The notes beneath the pieces are model-generated. The model was not told the origin of the DNA, did no database searches, and worked only from the letters and a program-made list of their open reading frames with translations. Positions 38,469 through 48,575 of a DNA stretch of 64,000 nucleotides are shown piece by piece. The stretch spans positions 27,319 through 91,318 of the forward strand of contig CAVXUH010000014.1 of NCBI GenBank assembly GCA_963764885.1. The letters are read 5' to 3'. The translations under genes were made by a program, and so were the position numbers. This DNA is from Candidatus Aminicenantes bacterium. Lineage in GTDB: Bacteria > Acidobacteriota > Aminicenantia > Aminicenantales > UBA8522. The stretch's first letter is position 1. The number at the start of each line of letters is the position of its first letter.

Positions 38469-39743
38469 TTATGATACAGCGTTTTCGAGCAGGAAGTCAA
38501 TGGTTTTCCGGGTCAGGAGGGCCACCCGGATGTCGTCCCTCCTCCCCTCTTCGTTGATGCGGGTGACCAGCTGCGCCAGGGGGACGCCGTTTCTCTTAGC
38601 CATTTCCTTGATCTCCTCCTCGACGTCTTCGTCGCTCACGCTGAGCCGTTCCCGGTCGGCGATCCTCTGGAGGATGAGGCCCCGCTTGATGTTCTGGGCC
38701 GCCTGCTCCCGGGCCCGCTTTCTGAGCTCTTCGATCTGCGGCGCGGTCAGGCCGCCCTTAAGCGATTCCGCCCAGCTCCTGAGGATCGATTGGGCTTCCG
38801 CTTCGACCAGGGATTCCGGAAGGTCCAGGGTGACCTGTTCGGCCAGCTTCCGGACGGCGGCCTCGCCCCGTTCGCGCCGGGCGGCCTCCTCCTTGGCCTT
38901 CTCCAGCTCGCCGCGGACCTTGACCCGGAGCCCCGTCAGGCTGTCGAACTCGCCCAGATCCTTGGCCCACTCATCCGTCATCTCCGGGATCTTCTTTTCT
39001 TTGATGGAGATGACCTTGATCTCGTACTCGATCTCCCGACCCGCCATCTTCTTCTGGGTATGGTCGGGAGGGTAGGCGATCGCGAACCGCCTCGTCTCCC
39101 GCGGCTTGAGCCCGATCAGGCTGTCGTTCAGGTTCTTCTCGTTGTCGGCGTGCCCGGCCAGCACCAGGTTCTTTTCCGTGGGAAGGAAGCGCTTGGTCTT
39201 CAGGTCCCGGCCCTTCCACTCGACGAGCGCGTAATCCCCATCCCGGACCCCCCTGTCCTCGACGGGGGCATACTCCGCGGACTTCTCCCGGAGCTCCCCG
39301 AGATAGCGGTCGACATCGGCCTCTTCGACCTGGACGGCGGCCTTCTCGACCTTGATCTTCTTGTAAGCCGGCACGTCGAACTCGGGGATGATCTCGACGA
39401 CGGCCTTGAACCGCAAGGGCTCTCCGGTCTGGAATTGGACATCGCGGATCATCGGCGTGCTGACCGGATTGATGCTCTCGGCCCGAAGGCTTTCTCTCAG
39501 CACACGGGGGGCCAGGCTCTCGATGACGGCCTCCCGGAGATCCTCGGCAAACAGCCTCTTGACCATGTCCCGGGGCGCCTTGCCCCGTCGGAAGCCGTCG
39601 AGCTTGGCCCGGGAGGCATAGTCATCCAGGACCTTCTCGAATTCCCGGGACGCCTCCTCGGCCGGCACCTCAACCTCCAGCTCGCGGCGGGACATGGCGG
39701 GTGCCGTAACGATTGTTTTTACCCCATCCGTTTTTTCTTCCAT
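38469..39743 (-). CDS. tig: trigger factor (ribosome-associated PPIase chaperone)
   Basis: 424 aa. N-terminal ribosome-binding domain with the GFRxGxxP signature (LDGFRRGKAPRDMV), an FKBP-like central domain, and a C-terminal arm domain. Confidence 0.95.
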   Translation of the reverse strand: MEEKTDGVKTIVTAPAMSRRELEVEVPAEEASREFEKVLDDYASRAKLDGFRRGKAPRDMVKRLFAEDLREAVIESLAPRVLRESLRAESINPVSTPMIRDVQFQTGEPLRFKAVVEIIPEFDVPAYKKIKVEKAAVQVEEADVDRYLGELREKSAEYAPVEDRGVRDGDYALVEWKGRDLKTKRFLPTEKNLVLAGHADNEKNLNDSLIGLKPRETRRFAIAYPPDHTQKKMAGREIEYEIKVISIKEKKIPEMTDEWAKDLGEFDSLTGLRVKVRGELEKAKEEAARRERGEAAVRKLAEQVTLDLPESLVEAEAQSILRSWAESLKGGLTAPQIEELRKRAREQAAQNIKRGLILQRIADRERLSVSDEDVEEEIKEMAKRNGVPLAQLVTRINEEGRRDDIRVALLTRKTIDFLLENAVS

Positions 39744-39848
39744 GACGTTATTCCTTTACACTCGCCCCGGATCCCGCTGCCCGTTCCGGCAAGTCTTCCC
39801 TGCTGAGGCAGGTTCCCGAGCAAGAAACCAGGAAGTCTCTGTTCAGTA

Positions 39849-39933
39849 TGGGCAGAGCGGGACTCGAACCCGCACTCCTTACGCAGGAACTAGGTCCTAA
39901 GCCTAGCGCGTCTGCCAGTTCCGCCACCTGCCC
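39849..39933 (-). tRNA. tRNA-Leu (anticodon UAG)
   Basis: Reverse complement folds as a class II tRNA: GGGCAGG-TG-GCG(GAACTGGCAGA)CGC-G-CTAGG(CTTAGGA)CCTAG-long variable arm TTCCTGCGTAAGGAGT-GCGGG(TTCGAGT)CCCGC-TCTGCCC-A. Anticodon TAG, 7-bp acceptor with one G-U pair, CCA not encoded. Boundaries +/-1. Confidence 0.9.
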
Positions 39934-40102
39934 CCGTATCTCCAGCCAAGCCGGCGGACCGGCCGTTCCCCCTGAAAGCCTGTTTTCCGCCCGTCAGCTT
40001 CGGGCTTCCGGGAACTTGAAGAAAGGATGCTTCCAGGTGCGGGAATAGACTCCTTTTTACCACATCGCTGGCCGGGCTGTCAAACAGCGGCCTGCCGAAC
40101 GA

Positions 40103-41932
40103 TTATCGCAGGAACTTCTTCAGCCGGTCGGCCAGGTCGGGATCGACGTTGACCAGCGATTTATAGACGTCGCGGGCGCTGAAGTTGTCCTTGAGGTTCA
40201 GGTAGGTGATGGCCAGGTTGTAGAGCGCCGCACCGTAGTCCGGGCGCAGCTCGACCGCCTTCTTCAGCGGCTCGAGAGCGGGCTCGAACTGCTTGAGCTG
40301 CATATGGCCGACGCCGATATTGAGCCAGGCGTCGGCGCTGTCGGGGACCAGCGCGACGTAGTTCTTAAAGGCGTCGATGGACTCCTTATAATTTTTTAAG
40401 AATGAATAACATAGCCCGATGTTGTAATAGGCCGCGTCGTAGTCGGATTTGACCTGCAGGGCCTGCTTGAAGGTCGCGATGGCCTCGTCATACCTCTTGA
40501 GTTTCTGGTACATGATGCCCAGATTGAAAACGGCGATCTCGCTCTTGGGGCTGAGCTCGATCACCTTTTTGGCGGCCTCGATGGCGTTTTCGTTGCGCCC
40601 GGCCTCGTCGTACATCTTGACGATCTGGCTGTAGTAAGTGGTCGCGTCCGCCTGGTTCAGCTCGGCCAGGCCCTTGAACGCCGCCTCGGCTTTCTCCAGC
40701 TGCCCGGCCTTCTGGTAGGCCTGAGCCAGGGTGTAATTGACCTTGATATCCTTGGGTTGCGCCTGGGCCGCCTGTTCAAGCGCCGCCACCGCCGGTTCGA
40801 ACTGGGCGAGCGCCAGGCGGTCTTCCCCGAGCTTGACGTAGCCCATCCAGGCGTTCTCGGGGTTGAGCTTCAGGAACCGTTCGTAGGCTTCGGCCGCTTT
40901 GGCGAAATCCTTCTGCTCGTCGTAGGCATTGCCGATCGTGAATAGGGCCTGCTTATTGGCGGCGTCGAGGGTGACGGCCTGTTCGAGCGCGGCGATCGAT
41001 TCGGGCCACTTCTGCATCCGGTAATAGATATCACCGAGCTGGAGATAGGCGACCGTCCGCTTCGGGTCGAGCGCGATGACTTTCTGGAAGGCAGCGACCG
41101 CGGCCGGATAATTCCTTTGCTTGGCATAGACCGAGGCCAGCATGGCCTGCGGCTCGACCTGAGAGGGATCGGCTTTGACGACCCGTTCCAGGAATTTGCC
41201 GGCGTTGGTCATGTCATCGACCAGGAAGGCGATCCGCCCGGCGAGAAAAGCCCCCTCGGGACCGGCCAGATAATCTTCCTTCGCCGCATCCTTGAAAGCG
41301 GTCAGCTTGCCGGCCCGGGACATGTCCTTCCAGGAATTCGCGCCGATGCCGATCCGGGAGGTCCGGTCCAGGACCAGCATGAGGCCGACGGCCTGGCCGT
41401 TCAGGTTCAGGATGGGCCCGCCGTTGAAACCCTCGGAAACGGACAGCGAGGTTTCCATCAGAGTCAGGCCCTCCGGCAGCTTGTGGAGGTTGCGGACGGT
41501 GCCTTCGCTGATGACGATATCGCCGGATTCATTGGCGCCGACGGCGAAAACCCTGGCGCCCTGGGCCAGCTCGTCGGAGTTGCCGATCGGCAGGGACGTA
41601 ACCTTGTTTTTCGGCTTGACGACGGCGGCGTCGATGGTCTTATTGACGGCGATCAGGCCGTCGATCTTGCCCTTCTTGCCCTTGGCGCTGACGCCCTCCA
41701 CCTCCGCGGCCTGGCCGATCAGGTGATAGCTGGTGATCAGGGCATCCTCGCTCAACCCGAAGGCCACGCCTTTGCCGACGAGCTCCTTGTTCCCTCCATA
41801 AACGAAAAGCGAGACCACGCCCTCCCGGCTCTGTTCCAGGATCCTGGCGGCGTCGTCCGTCTGGGAAAAGAGGCTCAAGCCGCAGATCAATAGGAAGGCG
41901 ACGAAAACCGGGCCGCGAAGTTTCATGCTCAT
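40103..41932 (-). CDS. secreted trypsin-like (S1C/DegP-type fold) serine protease domain fused to a long TPR-repeat array
   Basis: AAGGAGGAAAGAGG RBS before ATG 41932 and a signal peptide. N-terminal ~230 aa carry a chymotrypsin-fold motif (..GFNGGPILNLNGQAVGL..). Then ~11 TPR units (..AYLQLGDIYYRMQKWPESIAALEQAVTLD..). Confidence 0.75.
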   Translation of the reverse strand: MSMKLRGPVFVAFLLICGLSLFSQTDDAARILEQSREGVVSLFVYGGNKELVGKGVAFGLSEDALITSYHLIGQAAEVEGVSAKGKKGKIDGLIAVNKTIDAAVVKPKNKVTSLPIGNSDELAQGARVFAVGANESGDIVISEGTVRNLHKLPEGLTLMETSLSVSEGFNGGPILNLNGQAVGLMLVLDRTSRIGIGANSWKDMSRAGKLTAFKDAAKEDYLAGPEGAFLAGRIAFLVDDMTNAGKFLERVVKADPSQVEPQAMLASVYAKQRNYPAAVAAFQKVIALDPKRTVAYLQLGDIYYRMQKWPESIAALEQAVTLDAANKQALFTIGNAYDEQKDFAKAAEAYERFLKLNPENAWMGYVKLGEDRLALAQFEPAVAALEQAAQAQPKDIKVNYTLAQAYQKAGQLEKAEAAFKGLAELNQADATTYYSQIVKMYDEAGRNENAIEAAKKVIELSPKSEIAVFNLGIMYQKLKRYDEAIATFKQALQVKSDYDAAYYNIGLCYSFLKNYKESIDAFKNYVALVPDSADAWLNIGVGHMQLKQFEPALEPLKKAVELRPDYGAALYNLAITYLNLKDNFSARDVYKSLVNVDPDLADRLKKFLR

Positions 41933-42069
41933 CCTCTTTCCTCCTTGTCGTCCGGAATAGGACAAAACCAAATTTACATAGAGCGGATTCGCCTGTCAAA
42001 TAAAATCATTCGGGGGCAGGCCGGGAGCGGGTCACTCGAGGGCACGCCAGGCGAACCAAGGGAGGAAGG

Positions 42070-42098
42070 TTGACAATCGGCGACGGGTCGACTACGTT
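42070..42098 (+). promoter_or_regulatory. candidate sigma70-like promoter (TTGACA-17-TACGTT) giving a near-leaderless transcript for the GT87-like gene
   Basis: TTGACAatcggcgacgggtcgacTACGTTggaactccgATG. The -10 hexamer is weak and the spacing to the ATG is ~10 nt. Confidence 0.3.
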
Positions 42099-42107
42099 GG
42101 AACTCCG

Positions 42108-43265
42108 ATGGTGACAAACCCGAAAAAAACCCTGATTCTCCTCGCGCTGGCCCTTGCCCTGGCGGCCGCCTTCGAGCTCAGGGTCAAGGACGACATGGTG
42201 GATTTCTCGGTCAACTATCAGGCCGCCCAGCGCCTCAGGGATGGGGAGACACTCTACCGGGCATCGGACGGACACTATCAGTTCAAGTACATGCCGTTTT
42301 CTGCATTCCTTTATCTCCCCTTCAGCCTCCTCCCTCTGGGCACGGCCAAGGCGGCCTGGTACGTCGTCGTCGTCACGTCGACGGGCCTCGTTTTTTACCT
42401 GACACTCGGGCTTCTCCGGAGCGACCGAAGAAGATCGGTCCTCGCGGCGGCGGCCGCCGCCGTGGTCCTGGGGAGGTACTTTCTGCGTGAGATCGACCTC
42501 GGGCAGATCAATGCCCTGATGACGGCGTGCTGCTGTTCATGATCATGTCCTATGACTCGTGGCTGGGCCGGGCTCCGCAAGCCGGGGAGGGACGCGGCAC
42601 GGGCCTGTACTGGGGACTGGCGACCGCCCTGAAACCGTACGCGTTGATCTACCTCCCCTACTTCATCCTCAAAAAGAGATGGCCGGCCGTGGCCGGGGGC
42701 CTCGCCGTTTTCGGACTGGCCGTCCTCTCGCCCGCGTTTTTTTATGGCCTGAAAGGAAATATCCTCGTCCTCGGCGAGTGGCGGTCTACCCTGTCTGCCT
42801 CGACTCCCCGCCTCTATACCACCCAGGACAACATATCGCTCATGGGTTTTCTGAACAAGTGGACCGGGGAGGCCCGACCTGTCGCTCGGCCTTTATGTCG
42901 CTGCTCTCGCCGGCCTGGCCGGACTCGTCCTCATCCTGATCCGCTTGGGGCGAAGGTGCGAGCGGCCCCATCTCCTCGAGTGCTTTCTGCTCCTGGCCCT
43001 GATCCCCCTCGTCTCGCCGCTCGGCTGGGACTATACGATGCTATCGGCGGCGCCGGCGCTGATGCTCATCGTCAGCCGCCTGGACAAGTTCCCGCGCCCG
43101 GCCCGGATCTTCCTTTATGGCGATTTCGCCGTGATCGCTTGTTCTCTCTTCGACCTCATGGGAAGGGAGCTTTATGAGAGTTTCATGGCGTCATCTGTGA
43201 TCACCATCTGTTTTTTAATCATTATCGGCTACGTTGCCCACCTCCGCATCGGGGGCCATGCCTGA
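42108..43265 (+). CDS. GT87/DUF2029-family polytopic membrane glycosyltransferase (PimE/MptA-like mannosyltransferase fold); at least 2 frameshifts (~42535, ~42890)
   Basis: ORF-track 42108..42542, 42527..43177 and 42945..43265 join into one ~385-aa protein with ~10 TM helices and DUF2029-like motifs (..DFSVNYQAAQRLRDGETLY..YQFKYMPFSAFLYLPFSLLP.. / ..LKPYALIYLPYFILKKRW..). Confidence 0.65.
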
Positions 43266-43767
43266 GACGGCGGCCGCGGCGGTTTCCCCGGGACGGGGAA
43301 AGATCGTCCTGGTCTATGGCCTGACAGCCGCCGGGACTCTCGCCTGGCTGGCGGGCATTTTCCTGGCGCCCCTCCTGCGGAGCCGGGGAATCGGCGGTGC
43401 GGCCCTCGTCTACGCGCTCTACTCTCCCGTATGTCATCAGCTGCCGGCACGTTCGTTCATCGCCTGGGGCTTCCCGCTGGGCGTCTGCGCGCGATGCCTG
43501 GGCATTTATCTCGGGTTCGCCGCCGGCTTGGCGCTATATCCGGTTTGCCGGGGCTTCCGCCGGGTGCGACTCCCCGACGGTAAAATCTTCCTCGCATTTT
43601 CGGCCCCGATCGTCATCGATGCGGCCGGAGCCTTTCTGGGGATCTGGGAATCCTCCGGACCGGTCCGCCTGGCGCTCGGGCTGCTCTGGGGTTCGATCCT
43701 CCCCTATTATCTTGTGACCGGGTTCGCCGAGCTCAGCTTCCGGCGCCGGCCCGAACTTCCTCCTTGA
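43258..43767 (+). CDS. DUF2085-family membrane protein
   Basis: 4-TM protein with Cys pairs (..YSPVCHQLPARSF..GVCARCLGIYLG..) typical of DUF2085. The start is ambiguous (ATG 43258 or TTG 43234) and overlaps the preceding gene. Confidence 0.6.
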   Translation: MPETAAAAVSPGRGKIVLVYGLTAAGTLAWLAGIFLAPLLRSRGIGGAALVYALYSPVCHQLPARSFIAWGFPLGVCARCLGIYLGFAAGLALYPVCRGFRRVRLPDGKIFLAFSAPIVIDAAGAFLGIWESSGPVRLALGLLWGSILPYYLVTGFAELSFRRRPELPP

Positions 43768-43821
43768 ATTGAGGGCCGACTCCCCTTAGAATAGGTGGAC
43801 ATCGAGAACAAAGGAGAACCC

Positions 43822-44331
43822 ATGGCCGAGCCACACCCGAGCCCGTTCGTGCCCGCCCTTGTCGGAGGTGTCGCCGCCGGCGTGTTGAGCTCGCTCCCGC
43901 TGCTGAGCTGTTTCTGCTGCCTCTGGATCATCGGCGGGGCCATGCTCGCCGCCAACATCTATGCCAAGAACTCCACGGTCTCCTTGACCCCGGGGGACGG
44001 CGCCATTGTCGGCATCTTCTCGGGCATGGCCGCGGCCGTCGCCGCCTCGCTCGTCAATCTGGCCTTTCAGCCGATGAACAGGGACGTCGCCCGGAGGGTC
44101 GCCGACCAGATGTCCCAGTTGTTCCCGAACATGGGTCCCGAATGGGATTCCGTCCTCAGGGCCTCCTCCCAGGGAACCTCGCCGGCCATCTTTCTTTTGA
44201 GCCTTCTGGTCCAAGCCGCGGTCTTCGCCGTCTTCGGCGCCTTGGGGGGGGTCATCGGCGCGTCGCTCTTCGGCAGAAAAACGCCGCCCCCGCTACCGGG
44301 AGGGCCGGCCGCGCCAGGGAGCGAGACATGA
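43822..44331 (+). CDS. hypothetical integral membrane protein
   Basis: AAAGGAGAACCC RBS before ATG 43822. ~4 TM helices and a Pro-rich C-terminal tail. Stop overlaps the next start (ATGA). Confidence 0.55.
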   Translation: MAEPHPSPFVPALVGGVAAGVLSSLPLLSCFCCLWIIGGAMLAANIYAKNSTVSLTPGDGAIVGIFSGMAAAVAASLVNLAFQPMNRDVARRVADQMSQLFPNMGPEWDSVLRASSQGTSPAIFLLSLLVQAAVFAVFGALGGVIGASLFGRKTPPPLPGGPAAPGSET

Positions 44332-45263
44332 AGCGGCTCAAAACCCAGGTGATCGTCAACCCCGAGTCCAACAGGGGCCGGACAAGGGGCCGCTGGAAGG
44401 AAATCAAAGAGGCGCTCCGCAGCCAGATCCGAGAGTTCAGGTACGAATTCACCGAGAAGCCACTGCAGGCCATCGAGATCTCCCGGGAGGCGGTCCGGAG
44501 CGGTCACGACCTGATCATCGGCGTGGGCGGCGACGGGACCATGAATGAGATCGCCAACGGATTTTTCGAGGACCGCCGGATCATCAACCCCGATTCGGCG
44601 CTGGGGATCCTGCCCTCGGGCACGGGCAGCGACTTGACCAAGAGCCTGGGGATCCCGGGGCGGCTGAAAGACGCCCTCAAGGTGATCACCGAAGCCCCGT
44701 CCGCGGCCATGGACGTCGGCCGGGTCAGCTTCCGGGACAATTCCGGCAGCGAAACCGAGCGGCTGTTCCTGAATGTGTCGGATTTCGGGGTGGGGGGCGA
44801 GGTCGTCAAGCGGGTCAACGACCGGCGGCTTCAGAGGAAGGCTTCCTCTTACGTCCGGTGCCTGGTCTCGGCGATGGTGAACTATCGCAGCCGGCGGATC
44901 CGCATCCGGGTCGACGGCCGCGAGCTCCCCGAAGACGAATACCTTATCGGCGCCATCGCCAACGGCCGGATCTTCGGGAAGGGAATGAAGATTGCGCCAG
45001 AGGCCAGGCTGGACGATGGACTGCTCGACCTCGTCCTCGTCAAGAGCATGAAGTTCTTCGAGTTCTGCCGGCACGGCTGGAAGATCTTCACGGGGACCCA
45101 TCTCTCCCATCCGAAGATCTCGCTCGTCCGGGGCCGGACGGTCGAGGCCCTGGCCGTCGAGGAAGGGAACGTGCTCCTCGAGCTCGACGGAGAACAGCTG
45201 GGCCGCCTGCCGGCGAAATTCGAGATACTCCCCCGCAGCCTGCGAATCAAGGGGTACCTCTAG
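44328..45263 (+). CDS. diacylglycerol-kinase-catalytic-domain lipid kinase (YegS/DgkA/sphingosine-kinase-like)
   Basis: GGGAG RBS before ATG 44328. DAGK_cat signature ..DLIIGVGGDGTMNEIANG.. and the C-terminal beta-sandwich region. Confidence 0.8.
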   Translation: MKRLKTQVIVNPESNRGRTRGRWKEIKEALRSQIREFRYEFTEKPLQAIEISREAVRSGHDLIIGVGGDGTMNEIANGFFEDRRIINPDSALGILPSGTGSDLTKSLGIPGRLKDALKVITEAPSAAMDVGRVSFRDNSGSETERLFLNVSDFGVGGEVVKRVNDRRLQRKASSYVRCLVSAMVNYRSRRIRIRVDGRELPEDEYLIGAIANGRIFGKGMKIAPEARLDDGLLDLVLVKSMKFFEFCRHGWKIFTGTHLSHPKISLVRGRTVEALAVEEGNVLLELDGEQLGRLPAKFEILPRSLRIKGYL

Positions 45264-45270
45264 CCCCGGC

Positions 45271-45870
45271 CTAATTCTTGCCGGCCTGATAATTCACGAC
45301 GTAAAAAGGGTCGTTCGTCAGGACGAGCCGCCCGTCGGCCGTCCTGAACTTCTGGATCGCCGGGGCCATCGGAATGGTGCTCTTCGGATAATCGGCCATC
45401 ACCCGCCGGATATATTCGCGCGTTTCGGGATAGGGCGGGACTCCACCGAATTTTGAGATGGCGTTCTGGCCGGCGTTGTAGGCGGCCAAGACGAACTTGG
45501 TGTTGTTGTTAAAGAGTTTGCACAGGTCCTTGAGGTACCTGACGCCGCCCATGATGTTGTCCTCGGGGTCAAACCTGTCCCGGACGCCGTACTGGGTCGC
45601 CGTGTCCGGCATGAGCTGCATCAGCCCCGCCGCGCCCTTGACGGAAAGGGCCCGGCAGTCATAATCCGATTCGGCCTTGATGATCGAGTGGATGAGGTCC
45701 GCGGGAACCTTGAACTTGGATGAGTAGGTCTTTATGATCGGGTCGTAGAGTTTTCTGGCGTCATCCCTGGCGGCCGCCCGCGCCGGCGGCAGGCCGGCCA
45801 GCAGAGCCGCGGCCGCGACTCCGGCCAGGACAAAAGACTTCAATCGGATCATTTCCGGGGCCTCCGGCAC
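45271..45870 (-). CDS. lytic transglycosylase (SLT-domain) with signal peptide
   Basis: Catalytic-Glu context ..IIKAESDYDCRALSVKGAAGLMQLMPDTA.. and ..AAYNAGQNAISKFGGVP.. typical of the family-1 SLT domain. Confidence 0.85.
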   Translation of the reverse strand: MPEAPEMIRLKSFVLAGVAAAALLAGLPPARAAARDDARKLYDPIIKTYSSKFKVPADLIHSIIKAESDYDCRALSVKGAAGLMQLMPDTATQYGVRDRFDPEDNIMGGVRYLKDLCKLFNNNTKFVLAAYNAGQNAISKFGGVPPYPETREYIRRVMADYPKSTIPMAPAIQKFRTADGRLVLTNDPFYVVNYQAGKN

Positions 45871-45932
45871 CTATCCGCCACCCATTCTGCCTGAAAACTC
45901 GCGCCTTTGGCAATCACCCTTTCGGGTGATTT

Positions 45933-48575
45933 TTAAGCGAGCTTCTCAACGATAGAATAGCTGTTTTCCAGGGCTTCATCAAGCCGGCCGGCCAATTTTC
46001 CCCCGGCTTGGGCGAAATCGGCCCGCCCGCCCCCTCCCCCGCCGATGATGGGGGCGATCTCCCGAATGAGGCTGTCGGCCCGCAGGCGCCGGGCAAGGTC
46101 GGCCGTGACGGAGGCCACGATCAGCGCTTTTCCGTCATGGCCGACGCTGCCGAGGACCACCACTCCCGAGCCCAGCTTCTGCTTGAGGGTGTCCGCCGCG
46201 TTCCGCAGCTCCTCGATGGTCAGCCCCTCGAGGCGCTGGACGTGGACGGCCATGCCCTTCACCAACCGGGCGCGCTCCCGTCCGCCGGCGCGTGTCTCGA
46301 GGACGGCCACCTTTTGTCTGAGGGTCTTGATCTCTTTTTCGGCGTCCCCGAGCTGGCCCTTGAGCTTGTCGACGTGCTGGAGGATCTCTTTTCTCGGGCT
46401 GGCCAGGAGCCCCTGGAGGCCGGCGAGCAGGTCCTCCGTCTCCTGGGCATGCCGCAGCGCCTCCTCGCCGGTGACGGCCTCCACCCGGCGCATGCCGGCA
46501 GCGATGCTGGATTCGGAAAGGATCTTGAACAACCCGATCTCGCCCGTCGCGTGGACGTGGACGCCGCCGCAGAGCTCTTTGCTGAACTCGCCGACGACTA
46601 CCATCCGGACCCGTTCGCCGTACTTTTCTTCGAAGATCGCCATGGCGCCCGCGCTCAAGCCCTCCTCGAGGGACATGACCCGGGTGTCGACGTGCAGGTT
46701 TTCCCGGATCTTGCCGTTCACCAGGCTCTCGATCCGGCGGATCTCCTCGCGGCCGAGCGGCGAAAAATGGGTGAAATCGAACCTCAGCCGCTCCGCCGAG
46801 ACGAGCGATCCGGATTGCTTGACGTGGTCGCCAAGCGTCTGGCGCAGGGCGGCGTGAAGAAGGTGGGTAGCCGTGTGGTTGCCCGCCACCGCCCGCCGCC
46901 GGGCGGGGTCGACGGCCGCCTCGACATGGTCGCCCACGCTGAGCTCCCCGAGGGTGACCTCGACGTCGTGGACGGTGAGCTCGGGGACGGGATGGAAAGC
47001 GCTCCGGACGGTCGCCGAGAACCGGGACGACCAGAGGCGGCCCGCATCCCCGACCTGACCTCCGGCCTCGGCGTAAAAAGGCGTCACGTCCAGGACGACC
47101 AGCCCCGGCTCGCCGGCGCCGAGAGATTGAACGGGCTGGCGGTCTTTGATGATGGCCAGGACCTCGGCGCCTTCGACACGATCCGTCTCGTAGCCTTTGT
47201 AGACGACCCGGAACTTCTTGAGTCCTTCGAAGACCTTCTTCTCCGCAAGCTGGGCCTCGCCCTTCCACGAGGACCGGGCCCGTTCCTTCTGTTTCTCGAG
47301 CTCGCCCTGAAAACCGGCCTCATCCACGTCCAAGCCGTGCTCACGGGCCAGCTCCATCGACAGGTCCAGGGGAAAGCCGAAGGTGTCATAGAGCTTGAAG
47401 AGCCCCGGGCCGGCGAGCAGCCGCTGCCCCGACTGCCGCGCCTCCTCGACATACTCCTGGAAATACCGCAGCCCGGAAGACAGGGTCGAGGCGAACCGCT
47501 CCTCCTCCGACAGGCAGAGCCGGGCGATGTAGTCGATCGAATCCAGGAGCTCCGGGTAGGCGCCCTTCATGTTGTCGGCGACCACGCCGACGAGCTGATG
47601 GAGGAAGGGCTTCTCGATCCCCAGGGAGTTGCCGTGGCGGAAGGCGCGGCGGATGAGCCGCCGCAGCACGTACCCCCGGCCGTCGTTCGAAGGCATGATG
47701 CCGTCGCCGATCAGAAAGGTCACGGCGCGGACATGGTCGGCGATGATCCGGACCGAGGTGTCGCCCGGTTCCTCCTCCGGGTATTCCCGCTTGGCGAGAT
47801 CGGAGATCCGGTCGATAAGCGGGCGGAAAAGGTCGGTTTCGAAGTTGCTTTTTTTCTGTTGCAGCGCGGCGGCCGCCCGCTCGAGGCCCATGCCCGTGTC
47901 GATCGAGGGGGACGGCAGGGGGTTGAGCCGGCCGCTCTCGTCCTGGAAATACTGCATGAAGACGAGATTCCAAAGCTCGACGAACCTGTCGCTCCCTTTC
48001 TCGATAAGCACGTAGGGGTCGCCCTCTTCGAGGCCGGGAACGCTGTCGTAGTGGAGCTCGGAGCACGGGCCGCAGGGGCCCGTTTCGCCCATCGCCCAGA
48101 AATTATCCTTCTTCCCGTAGCGGAAGATCCGGTCAGCCGGCAGGCCGATCTCCTCGCTCCAGATCCGGAAGGCCTCGTCATCCTCTTCATAGATGGTGGC
48201 GTAAAGCCTCTCCTGGGGGAGCCGGAAGACGCCGGTGACGAGCTCCCAGGCGAAGCCGATCGCTTCCCGCTTGAAGTAATCGCCGAAAGAGAAGTTCCCG
48301 AGCATCTCGAAAAAGGTGTGGTGCTTGGACGTCCGGCCGACCTGCTCAAGGTCGTTGTGCTTGCCCGAGACCCGCAGGCACTTCTGGACCGTGGTCGCCC
48401 GCTTGTAGCTCCGCCGCTCGAGGCCCAGGAAGATGTTCTTGAACTGGTTCATTCCGGCGTTGGTGAAAAGAATGGTGGGGTCGTCCTTGGGCAGGAGCGA
48501 TGAGCTGGCGACGACCTTGTGGCCCCGCCCGGCGAAGAAGCCGAGGAAGGCTTCCCGGATCTCCTGGGCGTTCAT
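45933..48575 (-). CDS. alaS: alanine--tRNA ligase
   Basis: 881 aa from ATG 48575. N-terminus MNAQEIREAFLGFFAGRGHKVVASSSLLPKDDPTILFTNAGMNQFK.. (class II motif region), the editing-domain HxxxH/CxxxH zinc motif (..NHTATHLLHAAL.. ..CGGVHV..), and a C-terminal DHHA1-like domain. The extra 212 codons at the top of ORF-track 45933..49211 are read-through over pilT. The alaS start overlaps the pilT stop (ATGA). Confidence 0.95.
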   Translation of the reverse strand: MNAQEIREAFLGFFAGRGHKVVASSSLLPKDDPTILFTNAGMNQFKNIFLGLERRSYKRATTVQKCLRVSGKHNDLEQVGRTSKHHTFFEMLGNFSFGDYFKREAIGFAWELVTGVFRLPQERLYATIYEEDDEAFRIWSEEIGLPADRIFRYGKKDNFWAMGETGPCGPCSELHYDSVPGLEEGDPYVLIEKGSDRFVELWNLVFMQYFQDESGRLNPLPSPSIDTGMGLERAAAALQQKKSNFETDLFRPLIDRISDLAKREYPEEEPGDTSVRIIADHVRAVTFLIGDGIMPSNDGRGYVLRRLIRRAFRHGNSLGIEKPFLHQLVGVVADNMKGAYPELLDSIDYIARLCLSEEERFASTLSSGLRYFQEYVEEARQSGQRLLAGPGLFKLYDTFGFPLDLSMELAREHGLDVDEAGFQGELEKQKERARSSWKGEAQLAEKKVFEGLKKFRVVYKGYETDRVEGAEVLAIIKDRQPVQSLGAGEPGLVVLDVTPFYAEAGGQVGDAGRLWSSRFSATVRSAFHPVPELTVHDVEVTLGELSVGDHVEAAVDPARRRAVAGNHTATHLLHAALRQTLGDHVKQSGSLVSAERLRFDFTHFSPLGREEIRRIESLVNGKIRENLHVDTRVMSLEEGLSAGAMAIFEEKYGERVRMVVVGEFSKELCGGVHVHATGEIGLFKILSESSIAAGMRRVEAVTGEEALRHAQETEDLLAGLQGLLASPRKEILQHVDKLKGQLGDAEKEIKTLRQKVAVLETRAGGRERARLVKGMAVHVQRLEGLTIEELRNAADTLKQKLGSGVVVLGSVGHDGKALIVASVTADLARRLRADSLIREIAPIIGGGGGGRADFAQAGGKLAGRLDEALENSYSIVEKLA

